In this document: positions 46,578 to 54,476 of the stretch, one piece after another | How positions within the stretch are numbered: the stretch's first letter is position 1 | Layout of the letters: the number at the start of each line of letters is the position of its first letter | From: a virus | Lineage: Duplodnaviria > Caudoviricetes | Reading direction: 5' to 3' (one strand) | Virus record (IMG/VR): IMGVR_UViG_3300034200_001057 | Location: 1 to 61,470 of that record | DNA length: 61,470 nucleotides | Position numbers and translations under genes: made by a program | Notes under the pieces: model-generated | What the model was told of the DNA's origin: nothing | Database searches by the model: none | Seen by the model: the letters and a program-made list of their open reading frames with translations, nothing else

Positions 46578-47309
46578 CTATCTTGCCATGAATTGCAGGA
46601 GGTCGAGAAGCTCTTTTGATGATGGTTCCAATAGTGCCCGAGATGCCGGTAACTTCTTGCCGAGCACTTCCTCCCAGGGGATAGGCTCCATCTTAAAGTC
46701 ACGCCGGTTAGCGTTCAGCACCTTGATAAGCGAAAATAAGTTCTCACGCACCCCACGATACTGGAAGAAATAGCTCTTGTTGAACCAATTGACCCACCAT
46801 GCACTCGGTCGCCGATGCCCCCAGGTCATGATGAACCGCTTCAATCTCCGCTGATACTCTCGGTGGAGAGATACAGTCACCTTGCCGGTTTCTCGATTTA
46901 CACTGACCGCATAGCCCGCCAGGTAAAAGGGAGTATCGAAGGCACATCGGGGCTTCTCATTGGGGAAGAACTCCGAGCGGCCATGAGTTGCAAACAGGTA
47001 TCCAACATTGCCGCATCGAACGTACTTCACCGATGCTAATCCTTTGCGTCTGTTGCGGGATACTGTGTGACGCGGTAGGAAAGTCTCGTACTTGAAAATC
47101 AGCTTGGCGTCGATGGTCTCAGGGTCTTTCCCTGTAGGGATGACAAAAGAGGTATAGAAAATATACCCTTTCGTTGCGAGGTTTCTTGCATAGTAATGAA
47201 CAAGGGAATACTTGCCCGAAATGAGGTAACGATAATCGGTCATTACCTCATTGTTGGGGATTGTAGTGTTGAAGCACAATCCCCGGAAAGCTCCATCGCT
47301 AAAAACCAT
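46578..47309 (-). CDS. Hypothetical basic protein of integrative-element type (possible replication initiator)
   Basis: GYIFY...IPTGKDPETIDAKLIFKY...RRKGLASVKYVR...LFATHG; function unassigned. Confidence 0.55.
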   Translation of the reverse strand: MVFSDGAFRGLCFNTTIPNNEVMTDYRYLISGKYSLVHYYARNLATKGYIFYTSFVIPTGKDPETIDAKLIFKYETFLPRHTVSRNRRKGLASVKYVRCGNVGYLFATHGRSEFFPNEKPRCAFDTPFYLAGYAVSVNRETGKVTVSLHREYQRRLKRFIMTWGHRRPSAWWVNWFNKSYFFQYRGVRENLFSLIKVLNANRRDFKMEPIPWEEVLGKKLPASRALLEPSSKELLDLLQFMAR

Positions 47310-47509
47310 CTGCGAGACTTGTAATGCTCTTCACTTTTGCGCGTGACGGTATATCCCTACACCAGCGTTACTGTCCCGCCCATCCTCCTGATGGTCGGTT
47401 TCGTGATAACGGTTAATCGACTGCCCTGCCAATTCCCCGTGCCAATCCTCTTGCTTAACCTTGAGGCCCCGCCTGTAGCCTATCTTAACCATTGCTAAAA
47501 CTCTTGGCT

Positions 47510-48030
47510 CCTATGTCCCGACGCGCAATCCTTCTCTCCCGTTAAAACCTTCCGCGATTGCGGATGAAAGAGAAGGTCCCGAATTGACGGCGATTGTCAC
47601 GAGTGTGGTCACGTTGCTAGAGTCTGCATAGGACTCGGGCCGAGTAGGTACCATTGAATCTTCCGACCCTATGGCACTCACCCAGGTTTGGGCTTTCAGG
47701 CAGTGAACGCACGAAGTACGCCTTACCGATACCCTACCCGCACCTTTCGCTGTATGGCTCCGTCTCCAAAACACTGTGTACCTCATGGCGTTAAGCTATT
47801 CACCATGCAGCCTCACGACTACATGGCTCCCGCACAAGGCAGGGTACAACTATTAAGACCGACTCAATAGTTGCCCCCTGATACGGTCCGACCGTACTTC
47901 AATCGACGCTCCATCGTCGCTAGAAAACTTGTATTCCCTATTTGGACGCACCCGGCGGATAAGTCTCCCTATACCGGGCGCTACCAGAATTCTGGTTGAT
48001 GATGTTGCGACAAGGCAAGCGTAACACACT
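47510..48030 (-). ncRNA. Candidate large structured ncRNA (about 520 nt)
   Basis: About 9 hairpins, several of which pair fully only on the minus strand through G-U wobbles; GNRA loop; no convincing ORF. Confidence 0.55.
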
Positions 48031-48031
48031 G

Positions 48032-48556
48032 TTACCCTCTGAGCCGCCCTGCCTCTGCGAGGACGTTCTTCGAGTATTGGATTGACTCTTTACACCTCCC
48101 AATACACTTAGGGCCGCCATTGTAGCTTTGGAGTGCCTTTACTTCGTTGCCGTTGTAGGTATCCAACTCTTCTCGCAGTATTTGCGCCGAGCATCGAAGG
48201 TTCTTGATTGGGTCCCATAGCTCATCGGGCTTTCTGAGGCCACATCGCTTTGTATTGAATGGCATTACTTGGCCGAGACCGCGAGCCCCCACATGCGATA
48301 CTGCCCGAGGGTTCTTCCTGCTCTCGACATGCACCAGGGCATGAAGCATATGGCGAGGTATCCCTTCCCTATCCGCTGCCTCATCAATCAGACCGTCGAT
48401 GATGGGCCGACTTATCGCCACTGGTCGCCCAAAGTTCCTCGCCGACTCTAGAGAGAGCCGAGCCGACATAGGAATACCGCCATTCTTAGCCCAGAAAAGG
48501 CCGAGGCCAATGGCCGCAATTAGCAACCACTGGCCCCCATTGTTTTGCGAACTCAT
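48032..48556 (-). CDS. Lytic transglycosylase (SLT) with N-terminal membrane anchor
   Basis: ALVHVESRKNPRAVSHVGARGLGQVMP, NLRCSA, ALQSYNGGP. Confidence 0.92.
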   Translation of the reverse strand: MSSQNNGGQWLLIAAIGLGLFWAKNGGIPMSARLSLESARNFGRPVAISRPIIDGLIDEAADREGIPRHMLHALVHVESRKNPRAVSHVGARGLGQVMPFNTKRCGLRKPDELWDPIKNLRCSAQILREELDTYNGNEVKALQSYNGGPKCIGRCKESIQYSKNVLAEAGRLRG

Positions 48557-48705
48557 CGCTTGCCGCTGACTACTGCTTTGCTTTGCTCGAACATCGGCGA
48601 GAACGCATCGTAGGTGGTTACAAAACCCACGGCGAGTAGGTAGTAAATCACCGCGATGATGATGCTGGATGGTGTGAATAGTTGATTCTTTATTGCGTCA
48701 AACAT
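48553..48705 (-). CDS. 50-aa membrane peptide, not in the ORF track
   Basis: AAGGAG SD; MFDAIKNQLFTPSSIIIAVIYYLLAVGFV; ATGA overlap with the SLT. Confidence 0.6.
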   Translation of the reverse strand: MFDAIKNQLFTPSSIIIAVIYYLLAVGFVTTYDAFSPMFEQSKAVVSGKR

Positions 48706-48772
48706 GATATTTTCTCCTTGATTACCGTACCCCGGACCTCACACGGCTGTAAAGTCCAGGGATAAACCGTTG

Positions 48773-49018
48773 TTATTTTAGGTCGTTATCGACTTGGGCA
48801 GTCTGCTCTGAGCACCGAGACGGTAACAGGTAGCAGATAGCCGGCTTCGGGTTGCGGTAGGTCTTTTGTGATTCCTGCCGCTCATCGACGCGATAGACTC
48901 CGAGCCGACCGCCGAGCTCAATCCCGGCACATCCTGAACCGAAACACATCATGCCGGCCAGGACCGCCGCGAAACCTAACCACTGTAATGTCGATAGTCC
49001 TTCATTCTTCTTGTACAT
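48773..49018 (-). CDS. Small lipoprotein
   Basis: GGAGG SD; hydrophobic signal ending GSGC. Confidence 0.6.
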   Translation of the reverse strand: MYKKNEGLSTLQWLGFAAVLAGMMCFGSGCAGIELGGRLGVYRVDERQESQKTYRNPKPAICYLLPSRCSEQTAQVDNDLK

Positions 49019-49041
49019 AGTTGCCTCCATTCCTTTTGTTT

Positions 49042-49269
49042 TCAATTAACCACTTCCAATCCAAGCCCCGCGAGGCCCATTGACCGAAACTCTTCCACGA
49101 TTGCATCAACTACTTCGCCAGGAGTGCATCCTGCCGCGTGTAGCTGTTCCCACTTCCAATCTTCGCAGAATGAATGCGTCTTTCTGCCCATCGTGAAAAT
49201 CATCATCATATCCAATCGGTCCCGCCATTCTTCGAAAGTAATTCGCGATGGTCGTCTAATCTTGTTCAT
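49042..49269 (-). CDS. Hypothetical protein
   Basis: GGAGG SD before MNKIRRP. Confidence 0.5.
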   Translation of the reverse strand: MNKIRRPSRITFEEWRDRLDMMMIFTMGRKTHSFCEDWKWEQLHAAGCTPGEVVDAIVEEFRSMGLAGLGLEVVN

Positions 49270-49280
49270 TTCTTGCCTCC

Positions 49281-49568
49281 CTATACATTGTCCAATACCG
49301 CATGACTCCAACCCATCGTATGCCGAGGGTCATCAATGGAAGTTGGTATCGGTATCAACCTCCATCGACCAGGTACCGCCCGGCATCCGTCCTCATTACA
49401 CGCCGCCTTGTACCACACCTCGACCGCTAGGAGGTCCACCAGGCCGATTACCCAGCCGTTGTGAACGAGAGGGTACCGTAGGCCCCAATCGGCCCGTGGA
49501 ATCAATTCTAGGGTCTCCTCTAGTCGTTTGCAGTGAGATACCGCGAGTAGTGTTGCGTTAGAGTGCAT
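49281..49568 (-). CDS. Hypothetical protein
   Basis: AAGGAG SD; first gene after the promoter. Confidence 0.5.
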   Translation of the reverse strand: MHSNATLLAVSHCKRLEETLELIPRADWGLRYPLVHNGWVIGLVDLLAVEVWYKAACNEDGCRAVPGRWRLIPIPTSIDDPRHTMGWSHAVLDNV

Positions 49569-49590
49569 ATCAGTGTCTCCTTGTACTGAT

Positions 49591-49634
49591 ATGATTCGAC
49601 GAGATCGCGAAAGGTATCAAGGTTTTTGTTGACA
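49591..49634 (-). promoter_or_regulatory. Promoter for the SLT operon, next to a TTTTTGTTGACAC motif copy
   Basis: Minus-strand TTGATA(49620)-18 nt-AATCAT; plus-strand TTTTTGTTGACAC at 49623-49635. Confidence 0.55.
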
Positions 49635-49702
49635 CATCTCGGAATTAGTTTCCACTTAGCTCGTAAGCTATTGAAACCACGTAGGATGATAGTGTTTGAT
49701 TC

Positions 49703-49972
49703 TTACGCCGCTGTAAGGTCTAGGCCGGTATAGTCCTTGAGTACCAATAGAGCCTTGCGGTATTGACCTTCGAGATAGTCAAGATGGTCTTTTATCTGCT
49801 TCTCCGTAGCGTCAGGAATCAGCGGAAGAGCCACGCGAACCGCCGCAAGAATCATGTTGACCGCAAGAACAACACGTCGAATATCGCCTTCGTACTTCTT
49901 GGCGTACTTAGGCAGTAACGAGGAGATGAGCTTTGAGAGTAGTGCGGATTTGATTTTGTCTAGCATGGTCAT
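49703..49972 (-). CDS. Hypothetical lysis-module protein
   Basis: Amphipathic/hydrophobic segment; last gene of the late operon. Confidence 0.45.
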   Translation of the reverse strand: MTMLDKIKSALLSKLISSLLPKYAKKYEGDIRRVVLAVNMILAAVRVALPLIPDATEKQIKDHLDYLEGQYRKALLVLKDYTGLDLTAA

Positions 49973-50168
49973 AGTTTCTCACAATCCAACGCCACCCGAC
50001 AATCACCCCTGTGCCATTTCTGCAATCGCCACTCTTCTCCTCATGGTCCTCGCAGATGTCGCTTTTCTTTCGGTCCCATACATCCACTGATAGCCGAGAA
50101 CATCCATTTAAGAAAAAGAGAAGAACAATAAACACAGTCACGATAAAGGTTGAGGGCTCGATGGTCAT
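49908..50168 (-). CDS. Lipoprotein (possible o-spanin-like)
   Basis: Signal peptide with LNGC lipobox in the lysis region. Confidence 0.5.
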   Translation of the reverse strand: MTIEPSTFIVTVFIVLLFFLNGCSRLSVDVWDRKKSDICEDHEEKSGDCRNGTGVIVGWRWIVRNYDHARQNQIRTTLKAHLLVTA

Positions 50169-50260
50169 GATTTTTGCCGATGCTTCTAGTCCTTTCCTTG
50201 TCTAAAACTCCAACGATTACAGAGGTAATCTCTCTGATTGCCGATGTTGGTTGCCGATTG

Positions 50261-51052
50261 TTACGGCCAATCGAATGACCATTTCAATTCTCTAATGTCT
50301 CGCCGGCTTGGTCTTGCTGTTCGCTTCAATGGGTCAAGGAACTTCGAGCCACTGATTAAATTCATCCACGGTGCCCAGTAGAACTGAGCGATGCAATCAC
50401 GCCGACGAACTGGAGGAATTTGAATGTAGTTATCGCCATCCGTATCAACGATGCAAGGAGGCTTTACATCAGGGTCAGGCCCATGCTTCTCGCAAATGTA
50501 CCCCTTGAGGCACGATGCACCAACGGGATTATCGACCAATGGGAACTGTGGGAACGCCTTAGCAGTTTCATCAAGCATGACCCGCCGAGCCTCACCCGAG
50601 AACATCGACTCAAGGCATGGCGAGAGATATACCGAAGTATTCGATAGGTCCACGCCCTCTAATTGCGACCGAGTAAGAGCAAGATTGCGACGAAACCTTT
50701 TCAGCAAAGTGCCATTCCTCGCTTTCAGTTTCCTATCTGCCGACCGAATGCTTTCACCGCGAAACGGCTCATTCTTACCACATCGTCGGCCACGTTCTGG
50801 AAAACAGGTGCAGTTGGCAATGTGAATCCTTGCAATCTTTGGTTGTGGGAGAGAAAGGAACTCTTTTGCACAAGGACAGGAATCGCCAAATGTGGCAATG
50901 AGCCATCCCGTTGCTGCCACTTCTCTGCCTTCGAATACCGAAAGGGTGCGCTTGCATGACCAGTTCTTAGAGCATAGGCCGAGGTATGACGGCCCAAGGT
51001 CTTGAGCGAATACAATCGATGGGAACAATACCGCAAGGATAACTCTAAGCAT
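50261..51052 (-). CDS. Secreted Cys-rich protein
   Basis: Signal peptide MLRVILAVLFPSIVFA; about 12 Cys; overlaps the endolysin stop. Confidence 0.6.
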   Translation of the reverse strand: MLRVILAVLFPSIVFAQDLGPSYLGLCSKNWSCKRTLSVFEGREVAATGWLIATFGDSCPCAKEFLSLPQPKIARIHIANCTCFPERGRRCGKNEPFRGESIRSADRKLKARNGTLLKRFRRNLALTRSQLEGVDLSNTSVYLSPCLESMFSGEARRVMLDETAKAFPQFPLVDNPVGASCLKGYICEKHGPDPDVKPPCIVDTDGDNYIQIPPVRRRDCIAQFYWAPWMNLISGSKFLDPLKRTARPSRRDIRELKWSFDWP

Positions 51053-51476
51053 ACGGAAACTCCTCCCGAACAATCATCGCGATTACTCTTTCAGCACGAG
51101 AGCCGACTTGTTTGAACCACAACGAGGCACGAAGCCCCTTCTCGACATTGGGCCAATCTTCCCTGAGTGTTGCCCGTAGCGTATTCCTGAAGTTGAGCAA
51201 TCGAACCTGCCCGAGATTGAACGCAAGATTCAGCCATCCGAGCTTTCGATTCTCGGACCACCTATCCCATAGCCCCTTACCGAAAATGGCTACACATGCC
51301 CGTGTTGCGCGTTCTACGTCGTTGTTGAGGAGGTAATATGCTTCATCTTCAGATATGCCGACGTCATCGAGGTTGCGTCCTAGGCCCACGGAAAGCTTGC
51401 CGGCAGTGCATCGATAGGGCTTAGTTCTCATGCCCTCATCGAGAATAAACATCTTTCGAATCTTTGAGGTATCCAT
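51045..51476 (-). CDS. Endolysin, T4-lysozyme-like muramidase
   Basis: DEGMRTKPYRCTAGKLSVGLGRNLDD.GIS..EA, LAFNLG, SLWFKQVGSRAERV; start reassigned to 51476. Confidence 0.9.
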   Translation of the reverse strand: MDTSKIRKMFILDEGMRTKPYRCTAGKLSVGLGRNLDDVGISEDEAYYLLNNDVERATRACVAIFGKGLWDRWSENRKLGWLNLAFNLGQVRLLNFRNTLRATLREDWPNVEKGLRASLWFKQVGSRAERVIAMIVREEFPYA

Positions 51477-51477
51477 G

Positions 51478-51834
51478 CTACCTCCCCGCCTTATCGCTGT
51501 GCCCTTCTTTGCTGGAGATTTCGATACCAAGCCAAGGGATTTTAACATCCATGTTGGCATCTTTGAGATTAGCCGCGATACCATAGGCCCCCGTGATAAC
51601 TAGAAAGGCAATGAACACCACCATGGGCACTTGGTTTCTTCCCGCCGCAAGGTTAGTAACGTTCTCTAGTTGCTCAAAGAATTGAGCAACTACGGCGGTA
51701 TTTTTCTCGATGCTCTTTAGTGTTTCCGCGTTGCCGTTGTGAGTCAATTCCATCCTCTGCACCGTGGCATGTGTCTCTTTGGTGAGCTGATAAATTGCGT
51801 CTAACTTGTCGAGGTCACCTAGTGGAGCTGTCAT
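51478..51834 (-). CDS. Holin-like membrane protein
   Basis: Coiled-coil N-terminus plus one TM helix, immediately upstream of the endolysin. Confidence 0.5.
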   Translation of the reverse strand: MTAPLGDLDKLDAIYQLTKETHATVQRMELTHNGNAETLKSIEKNTAVVAQFFEQLENVTNLAAGRNQVPMVVFIAFLVITGAYGIAANLKDANMDVKIPWLGIEISSKEGHSDKAGR

Positions 51835-51879
51835 ACTCCTTAAGGTAACATAGGATGGAATACCCATGCACCGTAGGAA

Positions 51880-52206
51880 CTAATCAACGGCAAGCGTAAA
51901 AGTGACTTCGACGGTCTGCGATGGTGTTGCTGTTGTTGATGCCGTTGCAACTCCAGAGTAGGATACGCCCGACGTTCCACCGGCCACCCGAAACTGAATC
52001 GCCTTACCTATCGCAACGCTTTCGCCCTTAACCTCGATAACTGCCGAGTTTGATTGGATGTTTGAGAAAGTAAGTCCTGCTGGTGTCGCAGTTACAGAGC
52101 TCACGCTAGCAATGGTCTCAGCATCCTCAAGACAATCAACCAAAGATATGGCCCCGTTCCTTACCTCGTTGGGTCTTTTGCTTGGTATCTCTTGAGTTGT
52201 TGCCAT
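51880..52206 (-). CDS. Small Ig-like virion / tail accessory protein
   Basis: KRPNEVRN..I.....LEDAETI.SV, QFRVAGGTSGVSY. Confidence 0.55.
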   Translation of the reverse strand: MATTQEIPSKRPNEVRNGAISLVDCLEDAETIASVSSVTATPAGLTFSNIQSNSAVIEVKGESVAIGKAIQFRVAGGTSGVSYSGVATASTTATPSQTVEVTFTLAVD

Positions 52207-52217
52207 ATGCCACCATC

Positions 52218-54299
52218 CTAATTCTGTTGAGCTTTCCACGCCAGCCGGCTTGATTCCCTAGTTGACCATTGGAGATCATCTTGAAGAGCTGGTACACCTT
52301 TCCAGTGAATTGCACCGTTGGAAGTAACCCACTCAAGAGATGTGGAAGGGATCAAAAGTCCACCGTCAACAACAGCCCCAAAGAAGGCAGTTGAACTTTC
52401 AATCCTTGAGGCTTCAATCGCTACACTACCGACAATGATGGTAGCAGGGTAGAAGGTGCCACCGCTTGCAATCGCGAATGCTTCAATGACGTTTGATGCC
52501 GACACCGTCGCACTAAAGAACTGAGCCGACGATGTTGGAGCCCCAGTAACAATCGCAACCGAGCCGGCAGTGACCGAAGGATTGAAGAACGTAGTTCCCG
52601 ATACTGGTGCCGCTGTTACTACGTCATTCCTTGCCGATACCGTAGCGTTAAAGAAAGAGGTACTCGCCGACGGTGCCGCCGTTGCGATTGTCTGCCCCTG
52701 TAGGATTGTGGCAGGGTAGAACGACGCCGACGAAGCTGGGGCCGCTGTCGAAATAGTTACTACCCCCGGTGTGACCGTTGCGTTGTAAAACGCTGTCGAG
52801 GCCGAAGGGGATGCGGTAACAATTGCCCCCGATGCCGAGACCGTCGCATTGTAGAAAGCAGTAGAGGCAGTTGGTGCAGCGGTCACAATCGTTGCTGAAC
52901 CTTGTGACACTGTCGCATCGTAGAAAGTAGTTCCCGCTGCTGGTGCCGCCGTAGTGATAGTAACCGCCCCAGCCGACACTGTAGCATTATAGAATGTAGT
53001 GCTCGCAGTCGGTGTTGCGGTTGATATCGTTGCTACACCAGGCGTAACCGTAGCATTGTAGAACGATGTCGATGCCGTTGGTGCATTAGTAACTATAAGA
53101 GCCCCGCCGTTGCTGACGACAGCGTCATAGAAGGCAGTAGAAGACGAAGGGGCCGCAGTAGTTACGGTAACAGTGCCAGGAGTTACTGTTGCATTATAGA
53201 AAGATACTGAGGATGTTGGTGCCGCAGTAACAATCGCGCTACTAGCCGAGACCGTCGCATTGTAGAAGCTAGTGTCTGAGACTGGCGATGCCGTTACAAT
53301 CGTACTCTGTGCAGTAATTGCCGCATTGTAGAAAGTGGTTGAAGCTGATGGTGCATCAGTGACAATCGTCGCCGCACCAGAGCTGACCGTAGCATTGTAG
53401 AACTCTGTCGATGCCGTTGGTGCCGCTGTGGTGATGTTCTGAATACTCCCACCACTATCTGCCACAAGGATGAGAGGCGATGGTCGAGGCGAAAGAATCT
53501 CAAAGGGAGTGCTGATGAATCGCTGAATTTCCGCATCGCTCCACCTACGAGCCGACGTAAGAGCAAAATCAAATTCGCCGGGGATGTAAGTCGCTCCACT
53601 GTTATCACTAAGGATTTGCCGGCCAATCGTTACGCCGCGAGTATCGTAGGTGATTGAGCCCGAGTATGTAGCAGAGGATTGAACAGATGAAACTCTTGTG
53701 TTCGTTCGCCGGTCAAAAACGAATAGGTCAATAAAATCACCAGACGCCCATCGAGCCACGAGAATATACGGGACATTTGCCGTGAGCGAGCAATTACCGT
53801 TCGGTGTTGTCTGCTGAGTACCGCTGATCTTTATTCGAGCTTGAGTATCGGTAAACGTATTCCAGACTTGACTGCGAACACCCCATGATGCATCGGCAAA
53901 ATCATTGAGCTTGGCGTAGTAGTACGCTCCATCGGTAGGGTTTGCCGTAATCAGGACACCGATAACGATGGTGATTGCATTGGTTGGTAACTCTTGTGTA
54001 ACGCTTCTATCCCCCGCGAACCGAGAGGTAGTACCGTTAAACGATACGGTTCCGCGATTGTTCCAAGTAGTATCTGTACCCGTAAGCGGAAGAGTGCCGC
54101 CTAGAGCATCGAAAGCTCTATCGCCGCCACGCTCATTAAGAAAGTAGGCACAAGCAAGCCCCTGAGTAAGGGGATGCGTAAAGTCAACCCTTGTCCCTAT
54201 GGCCGGCTTATCTCGAAGCTGCTTTCTCCTCGCTACAATCTTCGGTCTGCCCGCCGAGGCTTCAGCCCCGCTTTGTGGCGCGAGTAAAGTTAGCAGCAT
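52218..54299 (-). CDS. Tail fibre-like protein: LamG/ConA-like domain plus about 16 Thr/Ala/Ser-rich FYNATV repeats
   Basis: HPLTQGL..Y.LNE.GG...SFNGT N-terminal domain; 21-24-aa repeats in the C-terminal half. Confidence 0.7.
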   Translation of the reverse strand: MLLTLLAPQSGAEASAGRPKIVARRKQLRDKPAIGTRVDFTHPLTQGLACAYFLNERGGDRAFDALGGTLPLTGTDTTWNNRGTVSFNGTTSRFAGDRSVTQELPTNAITIVIGVLITANPTDGAYYYAKLNDFADASWGVRSQVWNTFTDTQARIKISGTQQTTPNGNCSLTANVPYILVARWASGDFIDLFVFDRRTNTRVSSVQSSATYSGSITYDTRGVTIGRQILSDNSGATYIPGEFDFALTSARRWSDAEIQRFISTPFEILSPRPSPLILVADSGGSIQNITTAAPTASTEFYNATVSSGAATIVTDAPSASTTFYNAAITAQSTIVTASPVSDTSFYNATVSASSAIVTAAPTSSVSFYNATVTPGTVTVTTAAPSSSTAFYDAVVSNGGALIVTNAPTASTSFYNATVTPGVATISTATPTASTTFYNATVSAGAVTITTAAPAAGTTFYDATVSQGSATIVTAAPTASTAFYNATVSASGAIVTASPSASTAFYNATVTPGVVTISTAAPASSASFYPATILQGQTIATAAPSASTSFFNATVSARNDVVTAAPVSGTTFFNPSVTAGSVAIVTGAPTSSAQFFSATVSASNVIEAFAIASGGTFYPATIIVGSVAIEASRIESSTAFFGAVVDGGLLIPSTSLEWVTSNGAIHWKGVPALQDDLQWSTRESSRLAWKAQQN

Positions 54300-54307
54300 G
54301 GCTTACC

Positions 54308-54469
54308 TTATAAGCTACTTAGCTGCGCTATTGTCGCTTCCGTTTCAATTATCTCCGCGTCAAGATTGACAATGCGTTCAATGTCGCCATTGGATTCTGC
54401 TTGAATCTTAGACTCGCGCAACCGTATTAAGCGATTAGTCAGTATTCGAATCAAAAACTCTACATTCAT
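54308..54469 (-). CDS. 53-aa coiled-coil protein, not in the ORF track
   Basis: AGGTGA SD; MNVEFLIRILTNRL...DAEIIETEATIAQL. Confidence 0.55.
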   Translation of the reverse strand: MNVEFLIRILTNRLIRLRESKIQAESNGDIERIVNLDAEIIETEATIAQLSSL

Positions 54470-54476
54470 ATTTCAC

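Larger units (their letters stand above)
39290..47309 (-). mobile_element. Integrative-mobilisable-element-like module (int, xis, T4CP, relaxase, RHH, repressor, leading-region genes) built into the phage genome
   Basis: Gene content and co-orientation; right boundary uncertain (47.3-48.0 kb). Confidence 0.7.

Noticed and set aside
47510-48030. Group II intron, or protein-coding ORFs 47511..47786 and 47688..47870
   Set aside because: GAGCC..GAAA segments resemble domain V only loosely; there is no RT and no interrupted gene; the ORFs lack recognisable motifs.
39460-49045. Self-transmissible ICE with a full T4SS
   Set aside because: No VirB4-like ATPase or mating-pair channel genes recognised; at most mobilisable in trans.
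52365-53450. CRISPR array or DGR repeats
   Set aside because: The repeats are degenerate, in-frame coding units; no reverse transcriptase or adenine-specific TR/VR pair was seen.
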